In this document: piece after piece, positions 38,734 through 48,325 of the stretch | Position numbering within the stretch: the stretch's first letter is position 1 | Layout of the letters: every line of letters starts with the position of its first letter | Source of the DNA: Pseudomonadota bacterium | GTDB taxonomy: Bacteria; Pseudomonadota; Gammaproteobacteria; UBA12402 | Reading direction: 5' to 3' | DNA: 64,000 nt | Assembly (NCBI GenBank): GCA_038043025.1 | Contig: JBBTCW010000006.1 | Location: forward strand, 26,710-90,709 | The notes under the pieces: model-generated | Databases searched by the model: none | Seen by the model: the letters and a program-made list of their open reading frames with translations, nothing else | Told to the model about the DNA's origin: nothing | Position numbers and translations under genes: made by a program

Positions 38734-39878
38734 TTCGTTTGTCGAAATCTGTTGTGGGAGACCAGGAAGCGATCGCGCTTTCAAAGGTTGTAGCTCATGG
38801 TTATTTAGGGATGGGAGTAGAGGTTCAATTATTTGAGCAAAAATTGCAAGACTATCTGGATTGTTCGGACAGGAAAGTGGTTTGCGTTAATTCCGGGACT
38901 GCGGCATTACATTTAGCGTTACAAGCGTTGGGGCTGGGGGTGGGGGACGAAGTGTTAGTGCCCGCGATGACTTATATCGCTTCTTTTCAAGCGGTTTCTG
39001 CGACAGGTGCAACACCGGTTGCTTGTGATGTACGTTTAGAGAATGGGTTGTTGGATTTGAAAGATGCTCAGAAACGGTTAAGTCCAAAAACCAAAGCACT
39101 CATGTTTGTTCATTATGCGAGTTATTGTGGCGATCTGCAATCTGTTTATGATTTTGCAAAGCAATATAAATTAAGAGTAGTTGAAGATGCAGCACATGCG
39201 TTTGGCTCAATCTATCAAGGCAAAAAAATTGGTAGCTTTGGCGATGTGGTTTGTTTTAGTTTTGATGGGATTAAAAACATTACCTGCGGGGAGGGGGGTG
39301 CCATTGTAAGCGCGGATAGTGCAGTTATTAATAAAGTATTAGATGCACGATTGTTGGGTGTGCATAGAGAGAAGATTGAAAAACTTTCTTCAATGCAATG
39401 CAGTGGTGATTTTGATGTGATGGAGCAGGGATTTCGATATCACATGAGCAACTTAATGGCAGCGATTGGTATCGTGCAATTGAACCGGTTTGAAAAAGAA
39501 TTTAAACCGGCGAGAAGACAGCTGATAAGCTATTATTATGAGCGATTGAAAAATATCCCGGGGATTCAGTTATTGCAAATGGATTTAGATGATATTGTGC
39601 CACATATTATGCCGATGAGGGTTTTGAATGGTCAGCGTGATCGGTTAGGGATATATTTAAAGCAGCATGCAGTCGAGGTTGGAGTTCATTATAAGGCAGC
39701 TCATTTATTGTCCAAATACGGCCATGGTAGACCCCGGTTACCGGCTGCAGAACAATTGGCTGTCGAATTATTGACCTTGCCATTACATCCAGAGCTGAGC
39801 AAGCGGGATATTGATTATATTGTCGATTTAGTGCAGATTTTGTTGTGTGAAAAATCATGTGTTATGAGTGAAAATTGA
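38730..39878 (+). CDS. DegT/DnrJ/EryC1-family sugar aminotransferase
   Basis: SFDGIKNITCGEGGAIV (PLP lysine), EDAAHAFGS and NSGTAALHLAL. Confidence 0.7.
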   Translation: MIRLSKSVVGDQEAIALSKVVAHGYLGMGVEVQLFEQKLQDYLDCSDRKVVCVNSGTAALHLALQALGLGVGDEVLVPAMTYIASFQAVSATGATPVACDVRLENGLLDLKDAQKRLSPKTKALMFVHYASYCGDLQSVYDFAKQYKLRVVEDAAHAFGSIYQGKKIGSFGDVVCFSFDGIKNITCGEGGAIVSADSAVINKVLDARLLGVHREKIEKLSSMQCSGDFDVMEQGFRYHMSNLMAAIGIVQLNRFEKEFKPARRQLISYYYERLKNIPGIQLLQMDLDDIVPHIMPMRVLNGQRDRLGIYLKQHAVEVGVHYKAAHLLSKYGHGRPRLPAAEQLAVELLTLPLHPELSKRDIDYIVDLVQILLCEKSCVMSEN

Positions 39879-39932
39879 CGATGATAGGTTTTTATGGCAT
39901 AGTGGAAACCTTTGAAAAATAGTCATCATTTT

Positions 39933-40049
39933 ATGTTCAATGGCATCTATCAAAATCGTCGCGTGTTGATTACGGGGCATACTGGCTTTAAAGGTAGTTG
40001 GCTCGCGCAATGGTTATTGGATTTAGGCGCTGAATGGGATAAATCATGA
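39933..40049 (+). pseudogene. Remnant of a second CDP-glucose 4,6-dehydratase gene (38-codon N-terminal fragment, then stop)
   Basis: Translates as MFNGIYQNRRVLITGHTGFKGSWLAQWLLDLGAEWDKS*, closely paralleling the N-terminus of the intact rfbG at 18504 (MFNNVYKNRRVFVTGHTGFKGSWLTQWLLNLGAD). Ends at the start of the next GT2 gene. Confidence 0.7.
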
Positions 40050-40969
40050 AGGCTACACCCTCCGTCAGTGTTGTGATGAATTGTTACAATAGCGATCGCT
40101 ATTTAAAAGAAGCGATTGATTCAGTTTATGCGCAAACTTTTTTGGATTGGGAAATTATCTTTTGGGATAATGCGTCAACAGATCATAGCGCAGAGATCGC
40201 AAAATCTTATGATGATAAGTTACTGTATTTTTTAGGGGATCAACATGTTTCGCTCGGAGCGGCTAGAAATTTAGCGTTGAAGCAATGTCATGGAAAATAT
40301 ATTGCTTTTTTGGACTGCGATGATTTATGGTTGCCAACGAAATTAGAGAAACAAGTTGCGTTGTTAGAGCAAAATCCATCATTAGGAATGGTTTATTCGG
40401 ACTCGTATTTTTTTAATGAACGAGGAAATATTCGATGCTTATACCACGACAAAAAAACGCTTTGTGGAAATGTTTTTAAAGAATTGTTTGCCAATTATTT
40501 TTTGGATATTGAAACAGTTATTATTGTGCGATCAATTTTGGATAAATTGCCAGAGTGGTTTGATCCACGCTTACATGTCATGGAAGACGCTGATTTGTTT
40601 TTGAGAATTGCTTATGATTATCCCATTGACTGTGTGAATGAGCCGCTATCGAGATGGCGCGTGCATAAAAACAGTGATACATTTAGGCGGCATGAATTGT
40701 TTGCTAAGGAAAGCAGTCTGATTTTAGATAAATTAATGGCAGTAGATGAGAATTTTAAAGATCAATTTGGCGAAGAAATAAAATCATATCGTCGACATAT
40801 TATATGGTTAGAGGCCTTATCTCTCATACGAGCAGGTCAGTCAAGGCAGGGTCGTTTGCTATTGAGACCCTATTTGCTTAAGAGTAAGTCTTTTTTTCTT
40901 CTATATTGCTTAAGTTTTCTAGGGCAAAAATTATTCTGTTATTTATGGAATAAACGAGTGGGTTTTTAG
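40046..40969 (+). CDS. Glycosyltransferase family 2
   Basis: VSVVMNCYNSDRYL and FLDCDD (DXD) motifs. Confidence 0.7.
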   Translation: MKATPSVSVVMNCYNSDRYLKEAIDSVYAQTFLDWEIIFWDNASTDHSAEIAKSYDDKLLYFLGDQHVSLGAARNLALKQCHGKYIAFLDCDDLWLPTKLEKQVALLEQNPSLGMVYSDSYFFNERGNIRCLYHDKKTLCGNVFKELFANYFLDIETVIIVRSILDKLPEWFDPRLHVMEDADLFLRIAYDYPIDCVNEPLSRWRVHKNSDTFRRHELFAKESSLILDKLMAVDENFKDQFGEEIKSYRRHIIWLEALSLIRAGQSRQGRLLLRPYLLKSKSFFLLYCLSFLGQKLFCYLWNKRVGF

Positions 40970-41607
40970 AATATATAACCCAGGCCTAAACCTACAAATT
41001 TTACTGATTTAAAGTCATGGTTATTCGTGTAATATTGTGCGCTGATGTCGGTATAGAAATTGGGTGAAACATTCCAGTAAAGTCCTGCGCCTATGGTGGG
41101 GACGTAGGTTCCGCCATTTGATTGGCTATTGAGTAAGGTGTTGTTGATGGTGACAGCAACTTCTTTACGATACATATAGGCGATGCCTGGTTTGATAAAC
41201 AGGCCGAATTTTTTGGGCCATACAGGTAAAGAGACTTTGGCGACGAGATCAACAATTTGTTCTCTAAAGCCCGCATCTGTTTTTGAGTTGTTAATATTAT
41301 TAAACATGATCTTGGGTAGATACAGATAACCTGCTTCGATGGCGAGGTAAGGGTTAACATCATAGCCGGCGCCGAAGCGCGCGCTATATCCGGCACGGTC
41401 TGTGCTGGTGACGGATGTGAAGCCGGCTTTGCTCGTGAGCCAATTATTGGAGTAATTGGTGTATGCATAGCCGAGTTGTGCTACGACATGCCACGTTGGA
41501 TAGTTGGTTTGGTTGTCGTTGATTAAATCGTTTGTGGCAGCCAAAAGGACGCCGCTTGTCGTGGTAAGCAAAATGATTAATGTGACTTTTTTCAATAAAT
41601 AATGCAT
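40966..41607 (-). CDS. Outer-membrane beta-barrel protein (OmpA/Opa-like small porin family)
   Basis: Signal peptide MHYLLKKVTLIILLTTTSGVLLAA. Alternating amphipathic strands. C-terminal aromatic end ...GLGYIF. Confidence 0.55.
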   Translation of the reverse strand: MHYLLKKVTLIILLTTTSGVLLAATNDLINDNQTNYPTWHVVAQLGYAYTNYSNNWLTSKAGFTSVTSTDRAGYSARFGAGYDVNPYLAIEAGYLYLPKIMFNNINNSKTDAGFREQIVDLVAKVSLPVWPKKFGLFIKPGIAYMYRKEVAVTINNTLLNSQSNGGTYVPTIGAGLYWNVSPNFYTDISAQYYTNNHDFKSVKFVGLGLGYIF

Positions 41608-41807
41608 ATCGAGCCCCCCGTCTACTGTTTATTGTACCGAGTTGACATAAAAATGCTAGCCGAATATTGAGCCGAATATTGAGGGTTTCGAAGTCGGGTA
41701 ATATTTGCCCAGTCGATTGTGCAGGGGATAGATAATGTTTGCAGGGCTTTTCTTGGCATTTCTCTGTTGATACAGTAAAATGATGCTTTTTTCGCGAGCA
41801 AACTTCT

Positions 41808-42722
41808 ATGTTGATACCTGTCATATTGGCCGGTGGTATAGGCAAGCGTTTATGGCCTTTATCCACGCCGAAACGACCCAAGCAATTTCTGCCGCTGTTG
41901 AGTGACAAAAGCTTATTACAAGAAACGATGGCTCGTATTGCGCATTATCCAGAGATGTCTTTGCCAATGGTGATAGGCAGTTTGTCACATCGCGCTTTGT
42001 TGAACGAGCAATTAATAGGTGCTCAAGCGACTATAATTTTGGAACCATTTGGACGCAATACGGCGCCAGCGATTGCGATTGCTGCTTTAAGAGCGATGGA
42101 AAGTGGGCAAGATCCTATTTTATTTGTATTGCCTTCTGATCATGTGATTCAGAATCCAGATATATTTTATAAAGCGATAGCGATTGCTTGTGCGCACGCA
42201 GAAAAAAATAAATTAGTAACGTTTGGCATTGTGCCTCACGCACCAGAAATAGGTTACGGATATATTGAAGCGGGGGAGCGTTGTGATGATGCCTATGTCA
42301 TTAAACGATTTGTAGAAAAACCCCCGAAACAATTAGCCGAACAATATTTGGCGCAGGGCGGATATTATTGGAACAGTGGGATGTTTGTCTTTCGGGCGTC
42401 ATCGATTTTACAGGCGATTGAAACATATGCGCCAAACATTTACGCGGCTTGTCAGGAGACGTTAAAAAATAGTCGAAAGGATAAGAGGTATATTTATCTC
42501 AATGAAATACAATTTGCGCAATGCCCAAAAGAATCCATCGATTGTGCGGTCATGGAGAAAACAAAGGATGCAGTGGTGGTGCCGTTAGATGCCGGTTGGT
42601 CGGATGTGGGTTCGTGGCATGTGTTATGGTCGTTGATGCGTAAAAATCAACATGGCTACATGAAGCTTGCTACTCTATTTTTGAGAAATATCATGAGTCG
42701 ATTAAAAAAGGATCCTCAATGA
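41808..42722 (+). CDS. Mannose-1-phosphate guanylyltransferase-like nucleotidyltransferase (no C-terminal cupin/PMI domain)
   Basis: N-terminus MLIPVILAGGIGKRLWPLS is classic for ManC/GMP-type enzymes. 304 aa. Confidence 0.65.
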   Translation: MLIPVILAGGIGKRLWPLSTPKRPKQFLPLLSDKSLLQETMARIAHYPEMSLPMVIGSLSHRALLNEQLIGAQATIILEPFGRNTAPAIAIAALRAMESGQDPILFVLPSDHVIQNPDIFYKAIAIACAHAEKNKLVTFGIVPHAPEIGYGYIEAGERCDDAYVIKRFVEKPPKQLAEQYLAQGGYYWNSGMFVFRASSILQAIETYAPNIYAACQETLKNSRKDKRYIYLNEIQFAQCPKESIDCAVMEKTKDAVVVPLDAGWSDVGSWHVLWSLMRKNQHGYMKLATLFLRNIMSRLKKDPQ

Positions 42723-43504
42723 AAACGGTTATTTTATGTGGAGGGCAAGGCACGAGAATTCGCGGAGTTGTGGAGAATATTCCTAAGCCAATGATCCCGG
42801 TGGGTGCTTTCCCCATTCTTTGGCATATCATGAAATACTATGCGTGCTGGCGGCATAAAGAATTTGTGCTGTGTTTAGGATATCAGGCTGATGTAATTAA
42901 GGATTTTTTTCGTAATTACAAAGCACATATGTGTGATTATACTGTTTTTTTAGGGGATTCGAAGCGAGTTGAATATCATGGGAAGCATGATGAAGCGGAT
43001 TGGCAGGTGACGTTGGCAGAAACGGGGTTGAACGCAATGACGGGTGTTCGTATTAAGCGGATTAAAAAATATATCGCGGAGGACGAACATTTTATGCTGA
43101 CCTATGGGGATGGGGTGGGTGATGTTGATTTAGATAAGTTACTCGCGTTTCATTTATCTCACGGAAAAATTTTAACCATGACCGGCGTGCATCCCCCGGG
43201 TCGTTTTGGTGAGTTAATGAGTGACGCCAAGGGATTGGTCACTGAATTTAACGAAAAACCGCAATCCACGGGTGGTTGTATCAATGGCGGTTTCTTTGTC
43301 TGTCGTCGTGAAATATTTGATTATTTAAGTGACGATGAATCTTTAGTGTTTGAGCAAGAACCGATAAAAAAATTAGTCGCTGATCGGCAGATGATGTTGT
43401 ATGAACATGGTGGTTTTTGGCAGCCGATGGATACCTATCGCGAATATTCTTTACTAAATGGATTGTATGATGCGGGTAAAGCGCCTTGGGTCATTTGGAA
43501 ATGA
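42719..43504 (+). CDS. rfbF: Glucose-1-phosphate cytidylyltransferase
   Basis: MKTVILCGGQGTRIRGVVENIPKPMIPVG is diagnostic of RfbF/DdhA. 261 aa. Confidence 0.8.
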   Translation: MKTVILCGGQGTRIRGVVENIPKPMIPVGAFPILWHIMKYYACWRHKEFVLCLGYQADVIKDFFRNYKAHMCDYTVFLGDSKRVEYHGKHDEADWQVTLAETGLNAMTGVRIKRIKKYIAEDEHFMLTYGDGVGDVDLDKLLAFHLSHGKILTMTGVHPPGRFGELMSDAKGLVTEFNEKPQSTGGCINGGFFVCRREIFDYLSDDESLVFEQEPIKKLVADRQMMLYEHGGFWQPMDTYREYSLLNGLYDAGKAPWVIWK

Positions 43505-44484
43505 GCGCTATGGATGCATTATTGCAACATCGGCGTATTTTAATTACAGGAGGCTTGGGCTATGTGGGCGGCAGAGTAGCTCAGTATTTTTCTAAGAATC
43601 ATCCCGAGGTGAATTTGCGTTTAACCACGCATAGACGGGGCGTGCAAAAACCAGATTGGCTCGTCAAGGGCGACGTGGTCGAGATGGATATTGTTAATGA
43701 TGATGATATTGAACGAGCCTGTCAGGACGTCGATGTCATTTTGCATTTAGCTGCATTACATGAAGTCGATTGTGAGAAGGACGCCAAATATGCGGTTAGA
43801 GTGAATGAGCGCGGGACGTTTAAAATACTTGAAAGTGCCAAACGTTGTAAGGTTAGACGATTTATTTATTTTTCTACGGCGCATGTGTATGGAACTCCTT
43901 TGGTGGGTGAAATTAATGAATTAACCGTCACGCAACCGGTAGGGGTATATGCGGTTACGCATAAAGAGGCAGGAAGGCATGTGTTAGTGGCGGCTCAACG
44001 TAAAGAAATAGAAGGGATTGTTGTGCGGCTATCCAATGGGATTGGCGCGCCTGTTTTGGAATCCCGTGGGCGATGGACGCTTGTTGTGAATGATTTATGT
44101 CGACAGGCAGTAATGAATAAGCAATTAACATTGCGGTCAGCAGGATTGCAATATCGAGATTTTATCACATTAACGGATATCAGTAGAGCCGTGTCGCATT
44201 TAGTTGAGTTGCCGAGTGATCAGCTGCGCGATGGCCTTTTTAATTTAGGCGGTGAATGTTCGATGCAAATTAAAGAGATTGCAGAATTAATTCAAAACCG
44301 TTGCGAGATGCTTTTTGGATATAAACCGCCTTTGCGCGTGGGTGTTCAATCGTCGGTGGATAAAACAGACCGACTGACATATAACATTGATAAGTTAAAG
44401 TCGACGGGATTTAAGTTAACACAAAAAATTGATGATGCGATTGATGAAACGCTGTTGTTTTGTGACAAGCAATTGAAGAAGTAA
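43486..44484 (+). CDS. NAD-dependent NDP-sugar epimerase/reductase (SDR)
   Basis: ITGGLGYVGGRVAQYF Rossmann motif. 332 aa. Confidence 0.55.
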   Translation: MGHLEMSAMDALLQHRRILITGGLGYVGGRVAQYFSKNHPEVNLRLTTHRRGVQKPDWLVKGDVVEMDIVNDDDIERACQDVDVILHLAALHEVDCEKDAKYAVRVNERGTFKILESAKRCKVRRFIYFSTAHVYGTPLVGEINELTVTQPVGVYAVTHKEAGRHVLVAAQRKEIEGIVVRLSNGIGAPVLESRGRWTLVVNDLCRQAVMNKQLTLRSAGLQYRDFITLTDISRAVSHLVELPSDQLRDGLFNLGGECSMQIKEIAELIQNRCEMLFGYKPPLRVGVQSSVDKTDRLTYNIDKLKSTGFKLTQKIDDAIDETLLFCDKQLKK

Positions 44485-44492
44485 TTGATAGT

Positions 44493-46253
44493 ATGATAGA
44501 TGATATTTCAGTATCCATTGTTATTCCGACCTATAATCAAGCGCAATATTTGAAAATATGCCTTCAGTCGGTTCTTGAGCAAACGCGAACAGATTGGGAA
44601 GTGATTATCATTAATAATTTTTCGAATGATAATACCGTTGAGATTGTGCAGGCGATGCGGGATGAGCGCTTTACCCTGATTAATTTTGATAATAAAGGGA
44701 TTATCGGTGCGGCTAGAAATGAAGGAGTGCGTCACGCGCGCGCACCGTTAATTGCTTTTTTGGATTCGGATGATGGGTGGGAAAAAAATAAATTAGAGGT
44801 TATTTTAAATTATTTTAACGAACACACTGATGTTGATTTGGTTTGTCACGATGAATGGTTATATGTCGGGAATAAAAAAACAAAGATTTTAAAATACGGC
44901 GCACACTCCGATTATAGGAACTTGTTATTTAAAGGCAATGCTTTATCGACGTCGGCGGTGACGCTTAAAAAAAATAGTTTTTGGCGTGTGAATGGTTTTT
45001 CGGAAGAGTCGTGTTTGGCGGGCGTAGAAGACTATGATTTGTGGCTTCGCTTAGCGCGGAAGGGTTGTAAGATGGCTTTTGTGCGGGATGTTTTAGGATA
45101 TTATAGAACGCACGATGATAGCTTTTCGGCGAAAATTGAAAAACATTGTGCGCATCTCACCTATTTGTTTGATCAGCATTTTAGAGATTGGCAACCGAAA
45201 AACTTATATTATCGTTTTTTGATGAGAGGCTGTTACGCCAATGCCAATAGGATATGCGGAAAAATGCTCATGAAGGGAAAAGGGCAGCGACATAATGCTA
45301 GAAAATATTTGCGCCGTGCGCTTGGATATAATCCGTTGTCATGGAAAGCGTGGGTTCATATGTGCATGTGTTTAGGAGGGTTAATAGGGGAAGCGCTGAT
45401 GCGATTTCGTCATTTACTCGCCTATTCATTGCCTTTTTTGTTGGGGCTTAAGCGGTGCCAGTCAATGGTTAATCCGTTGATGAATAACTCTTTAAGCATT
45501 TTGCTTTATCACGATATTCCAAATCATTTGTTTGATTCTTTCAGGGCGCAAATGCAATTTTTGCAAAAACATTATCAATTTATTACACCGAACGAATTTG
45601 AGCAAATGGCACGAGGAGACAAAATGATCGTCGGGCATCAACTGCTATTAAGCTTTGATGATGGCTTTAAGTCAAATTTTTATGTGGCGAAAGAAATTTT
45701 AACCCCGCTTAACATTAAAGCGCTATTTTTTATATCGCCGGGCTTTGTGGATTGTACTGATCGTGCAACGCAAATAGCTTTTATGCAAAATAGACTACGG
45801 CTTCAGGCGATGGATATTTCGAACAATATGGCACCGATGAACTGGGAGGATTTACACTGGCTTATTCGATCGGGTCATACGATTGGTTCGCATACCCTGA
45901 CGCACGCGTGTTTGTCGAAAATGATATCGCCGGAAGAGTTATTTTCTGAGGTGGTGCAAAGCAAAAAAATACTGGAAGCGCGACTGCAGCAATCGATTAC
46001 GCATTTTGCGTATCCACGGGGGGATATTGATAGCATTGATTCTGCCGCATTATCTTTGGCATTAAAGCATTATCGATATGTTTATTCCGGTGTTCGAGGG
46101 AGCTGTTGTGTGCGATCTCGCGTGTTTTATCGCGAATGTATGGATCTTGGTTCGGGGGTCCATTATGCGCGTTTTTTAATAGAGGGCGGCTTGAGGTTTC
46201 ATTATAAGCGTGCGCGGAAAAAGTTAGATTCGATGGCGGAAAAATCATGTTGA
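44493..46253 (+). CDS. Bifunctional GT2 glycosyltransferase / polysaccharide deacetylase (NodB-homology) protein
   Basis: N-terminus VSIVIPTYNQAQYL...LDSDD (GT2). C-terminal half LLLSFDDGFKSNF...HTLTH (NodB deacetylase motifs). Confidence 0.6.
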   Translation: MIDDISVSIVIPTYNQAQYLKICLQSVLEQTRTDWEVIIINNFSNDNTVEIVQAMRDERFTLINFDNKGIIGAARNEGVRHARAPLIAFLDSDDGWEKNKLEVILNYFNEHTDVDLVCHDEWLYVGNKKTKILKYGAHSDYRNLLFKGNALSTSAVTLKKNSFWRVNGFSEESCLAGVEDYDLWLRLARKGCKMAFVRDVLGYYRTHDDSFSAKIEKHCAHLTYLFDQHFRDWQPKNLYYRFLMRGCYANANRICGKMLMKGKGQRHNARKYLRRALGYNPLSWKAWVHMCMCLGGLIGEALMRFRHLLAYSLPFLLGLKRCQSMVNPLMNNSLSILLYHDIPNHLFDSFRAQMQFLQKHYQFITPNEFEQMARGDKMIVGHQLLLSFDDGFKSNFYVAKEILTPLNIKALFFISPGFVDCTDRATQIAFMQNRLRLQAMDISNNMAPMNWEDLHWLIRSGHTIGSHTLTHACLSKMISPEELFSEVVQSKKILEARLQQSITHFAYPRGDIDSIDSAALSLALKHYRYVYSGVRGSCCVRSRVFYRECMDLGSGVHYARFLIEGGLRFHYKRARKKLDSMAEKSC

Positions 46254-48325
46254 CGCAGGCGCCGCTGCCAAAATTAAAACATTTACTGTTAGCTGTTTTT
46301 AAAAGCGCGCCATCCGATGATCAGTTATCGGCATGTTGGCAAACGCCGGGAGGAAAATCTTTTTGGTTATCACGCTCGAGTTGGGCATTAAAAGCGATTG
46401 TGCTTTGGTGGGAGAAGACGTTTGATCGAGCACCGATTATTTGGTTTCCAGATTATTTTTGTAATGAAGCATTAAGTTTAGTGCGTACCACATCCGCGAC
46501 GATCAAGTTTTATTCTGTCGATAAAAATTTAATGCCCAAATGGGATGTATGTCATGCCTTAGCGAAAACGGCAAAGCCCGATATTTTTGTGTTAGTGCAT
46601 TATTTTGGACAACCATCGGATCTTGTTGGCGCCAAACAATTTTGCGAAGCATATCAATCGTTAATCATTGAGGATGCAGCGCATGTACTTTGTCCAACGG
46701 CTGACATTGGAAGTGTGGGGCATTTTACGCTTTATAGCCCACATAAATTGTTAGCGGTTCCGCATGGTTCGATTTGCGTGATGTCTCCGAAAAAAATTAA
46801 GCGATTATATCCAAGTCCGAGCAACTCGGCAGGGATAATGACTAACGTGATAGAAGGTTTTGGTCATCATGCGCCGGCTGTTTTTCCGTGGATTTTAAAA
46901 CGATTGATTCAGAAAGTTGTCCCTTCATTTTTTATCTATCGTAAAACGCCGGTACAAACATCCGTACAGTGTTGTTCGACCTTGCCTGCCCTGCATCCAT
47001 TTATTAAAAAATTATTGTATATTGAGTTACGAGAAATGAGTGCCGTTGAAAAATGGCGCCGTGAAAATCGGCAATTTTATGATATGTTGATAAATCTTGA
47101 AGGGAATGGTTCTTTAATAGGGGATGACAAACATATTCCGTATTTGGCTGTTTTTACGGGTATTGAGCAGCATGGTTTTAACAAGGCGTTAACATACTTG
47201 ATGCAAAAATGGCCTGATTTGCCGCCAGAAGTGGTACATGAGCCATTGTTACACGCGGATGCGATACAATTTTATTCATCGATGATTGCTTTTCCGGTGC
47301 ATCAGTCATTAACATTATCTCATTATTTTAAGCACTATCTTAAAAAGAATATAAAGTCTAAGTTAAAACGTATTTTACCCCTGTATTCGCTGAGACAGGA
47401 TCATCCGGACGAGTATAAAAAACTGTTTCATCATGTTCCCTATTCTAATTTGTTGCAATCATCGTTGTATGGTGAAGCGAAGCATCATGCAGAAGCGTGG
47501 GACGTGAGTCATTTGATTATATTGAAAAATAAAATGCCATTGGCTATTTGTCAGTTATTGCAAAAAAAGCTGTTTGGTTTTTTTTGCTTGTATCGTATTA
47601 ATCGAGGACCTGTTTGGCTGTCATCAAGCGTGGGGTATTTTGATAAAATAGCCTGTTTATCTTTATTGAAAAAAAGATTTTCTGGTATCTTCAGTAGAAA
47701 AATTTTAAGTATTGCGCCGGAGTTATCTGAGAACATTGATCATTATTATTTATTGTCGCTTTTAGGCTATCATCACGTGAAGAAACAACCCTATTCTTCA
47801 GCGATGATAGATTTATCTCAATCGGAAGATTTTTTGCGTAAACAATTGTCGGGGAAATGGCGAAATCAACTTTGTTCCGCAGAAAAATTAGATATATTGA
47901 TTGAGATTGAATCGGGGATTGATGCCTTAATGTGGCTATTAAAAAAATATCATGAGTTTAAAAAAAGCAAAGATTTTTCGGGCGTTTCAGAAAAGCTTAT
48001 TCATTATATGGCTCAACAATCTTTTGATCCAGAGTGTTTTGTGACATTGCGCGCAAGCTATCAAGATGAATATGTTGCGGGCATCTTGGTGTATCGACAT
48101 GGACAAACGGCAACGTATTTTATTGGCTGGAATGGTGAAGTGGGTCGAAAAATTTATAGTAATAACTTATTATTATGGCGCGCCATATTGGAGTTAAAAT
48201 CTATCCATTGTTCTTATTTTGATTTAGGCGGCATTGATGCGAAAAATACGCAGGCGATTAGCCATTTTAAACAAGGCGTTAGAGGCAAGGATTACTCGTT
48301 GTTAGGGGAGTTCGTTTGTTTATGA
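46247..48325 (+). CDS. Fusion: DegT-like PLP-fold domain (N-terminal) + FemAB/GNAT-type acyltransferase domain (C-terminal)
   Basis: N-terminal half has IIEDAAHVLCP and YSPHKLLAVPHGS, matching DegT-fold positions. C-terminal YFIGWNGEVGRKIYSNNLLLWRAILELK is typical of the FemAB/Acetyltransf_6 family. Confidence 0.45.
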   Translation: MLTQAPLPKLKHLLLAVFKSAPSDDQLSACWQTPGGKSFWLSRSSWALKAIVLWWEKTFDRAPIIWFPDYFCNEALSLVRTTSATIKFYSVDKNLMPKWDVCHALAKTAKPDIFVLVHYFGQPSDLVGAKQFCEAYQSLIIEDAAHVLCPTADIGSVGHFTLYSPHKLLAVPHGSICVMSPKKIKRLYPSPSNSAGIMTNVIEGFGHHAPAVFPWILKRLIQKVVPSFFIYRKTPVQTSVQCCSTLPALHPFIKKLLYIELREMSAVEKWRRENRQFYDMLINLEGNGSLIGDDKHIPYLAVFTGIEQHGFNKALTYLMQKWPDLPPEVVHEPLLHADAIQFYSSMIAFPVHQSLTLSHYFKHYLKKNIKSKLKRILPLYSLRQDHPDEYKKLFHHVPYSNLLQSSLYGEAKHHAEAWDVSHLIILKNKMPLAICQLLQKKLFGFFCLYRINRGPVWLSSSVGYFDKIACLSLLKKRFSGIFSRKILSIAPELSENIDHYYLLSLLGYHHVKKQPYSSAMIDLSQSEDFLRKQLSGKWRNQLCSAEKLDILIEIESGIDALMWLLKKYHEFKKSKDFSGVSEKLIHYMAQQSFDPECFVTLRASYQDEYVAGILVYRHGQTATYFIGWNGEVGRKIYSNNLLLWRAILELKSIHCSYFDLGGIDAKNTQAISHFKQGVRGKDYSLLGEFVCL

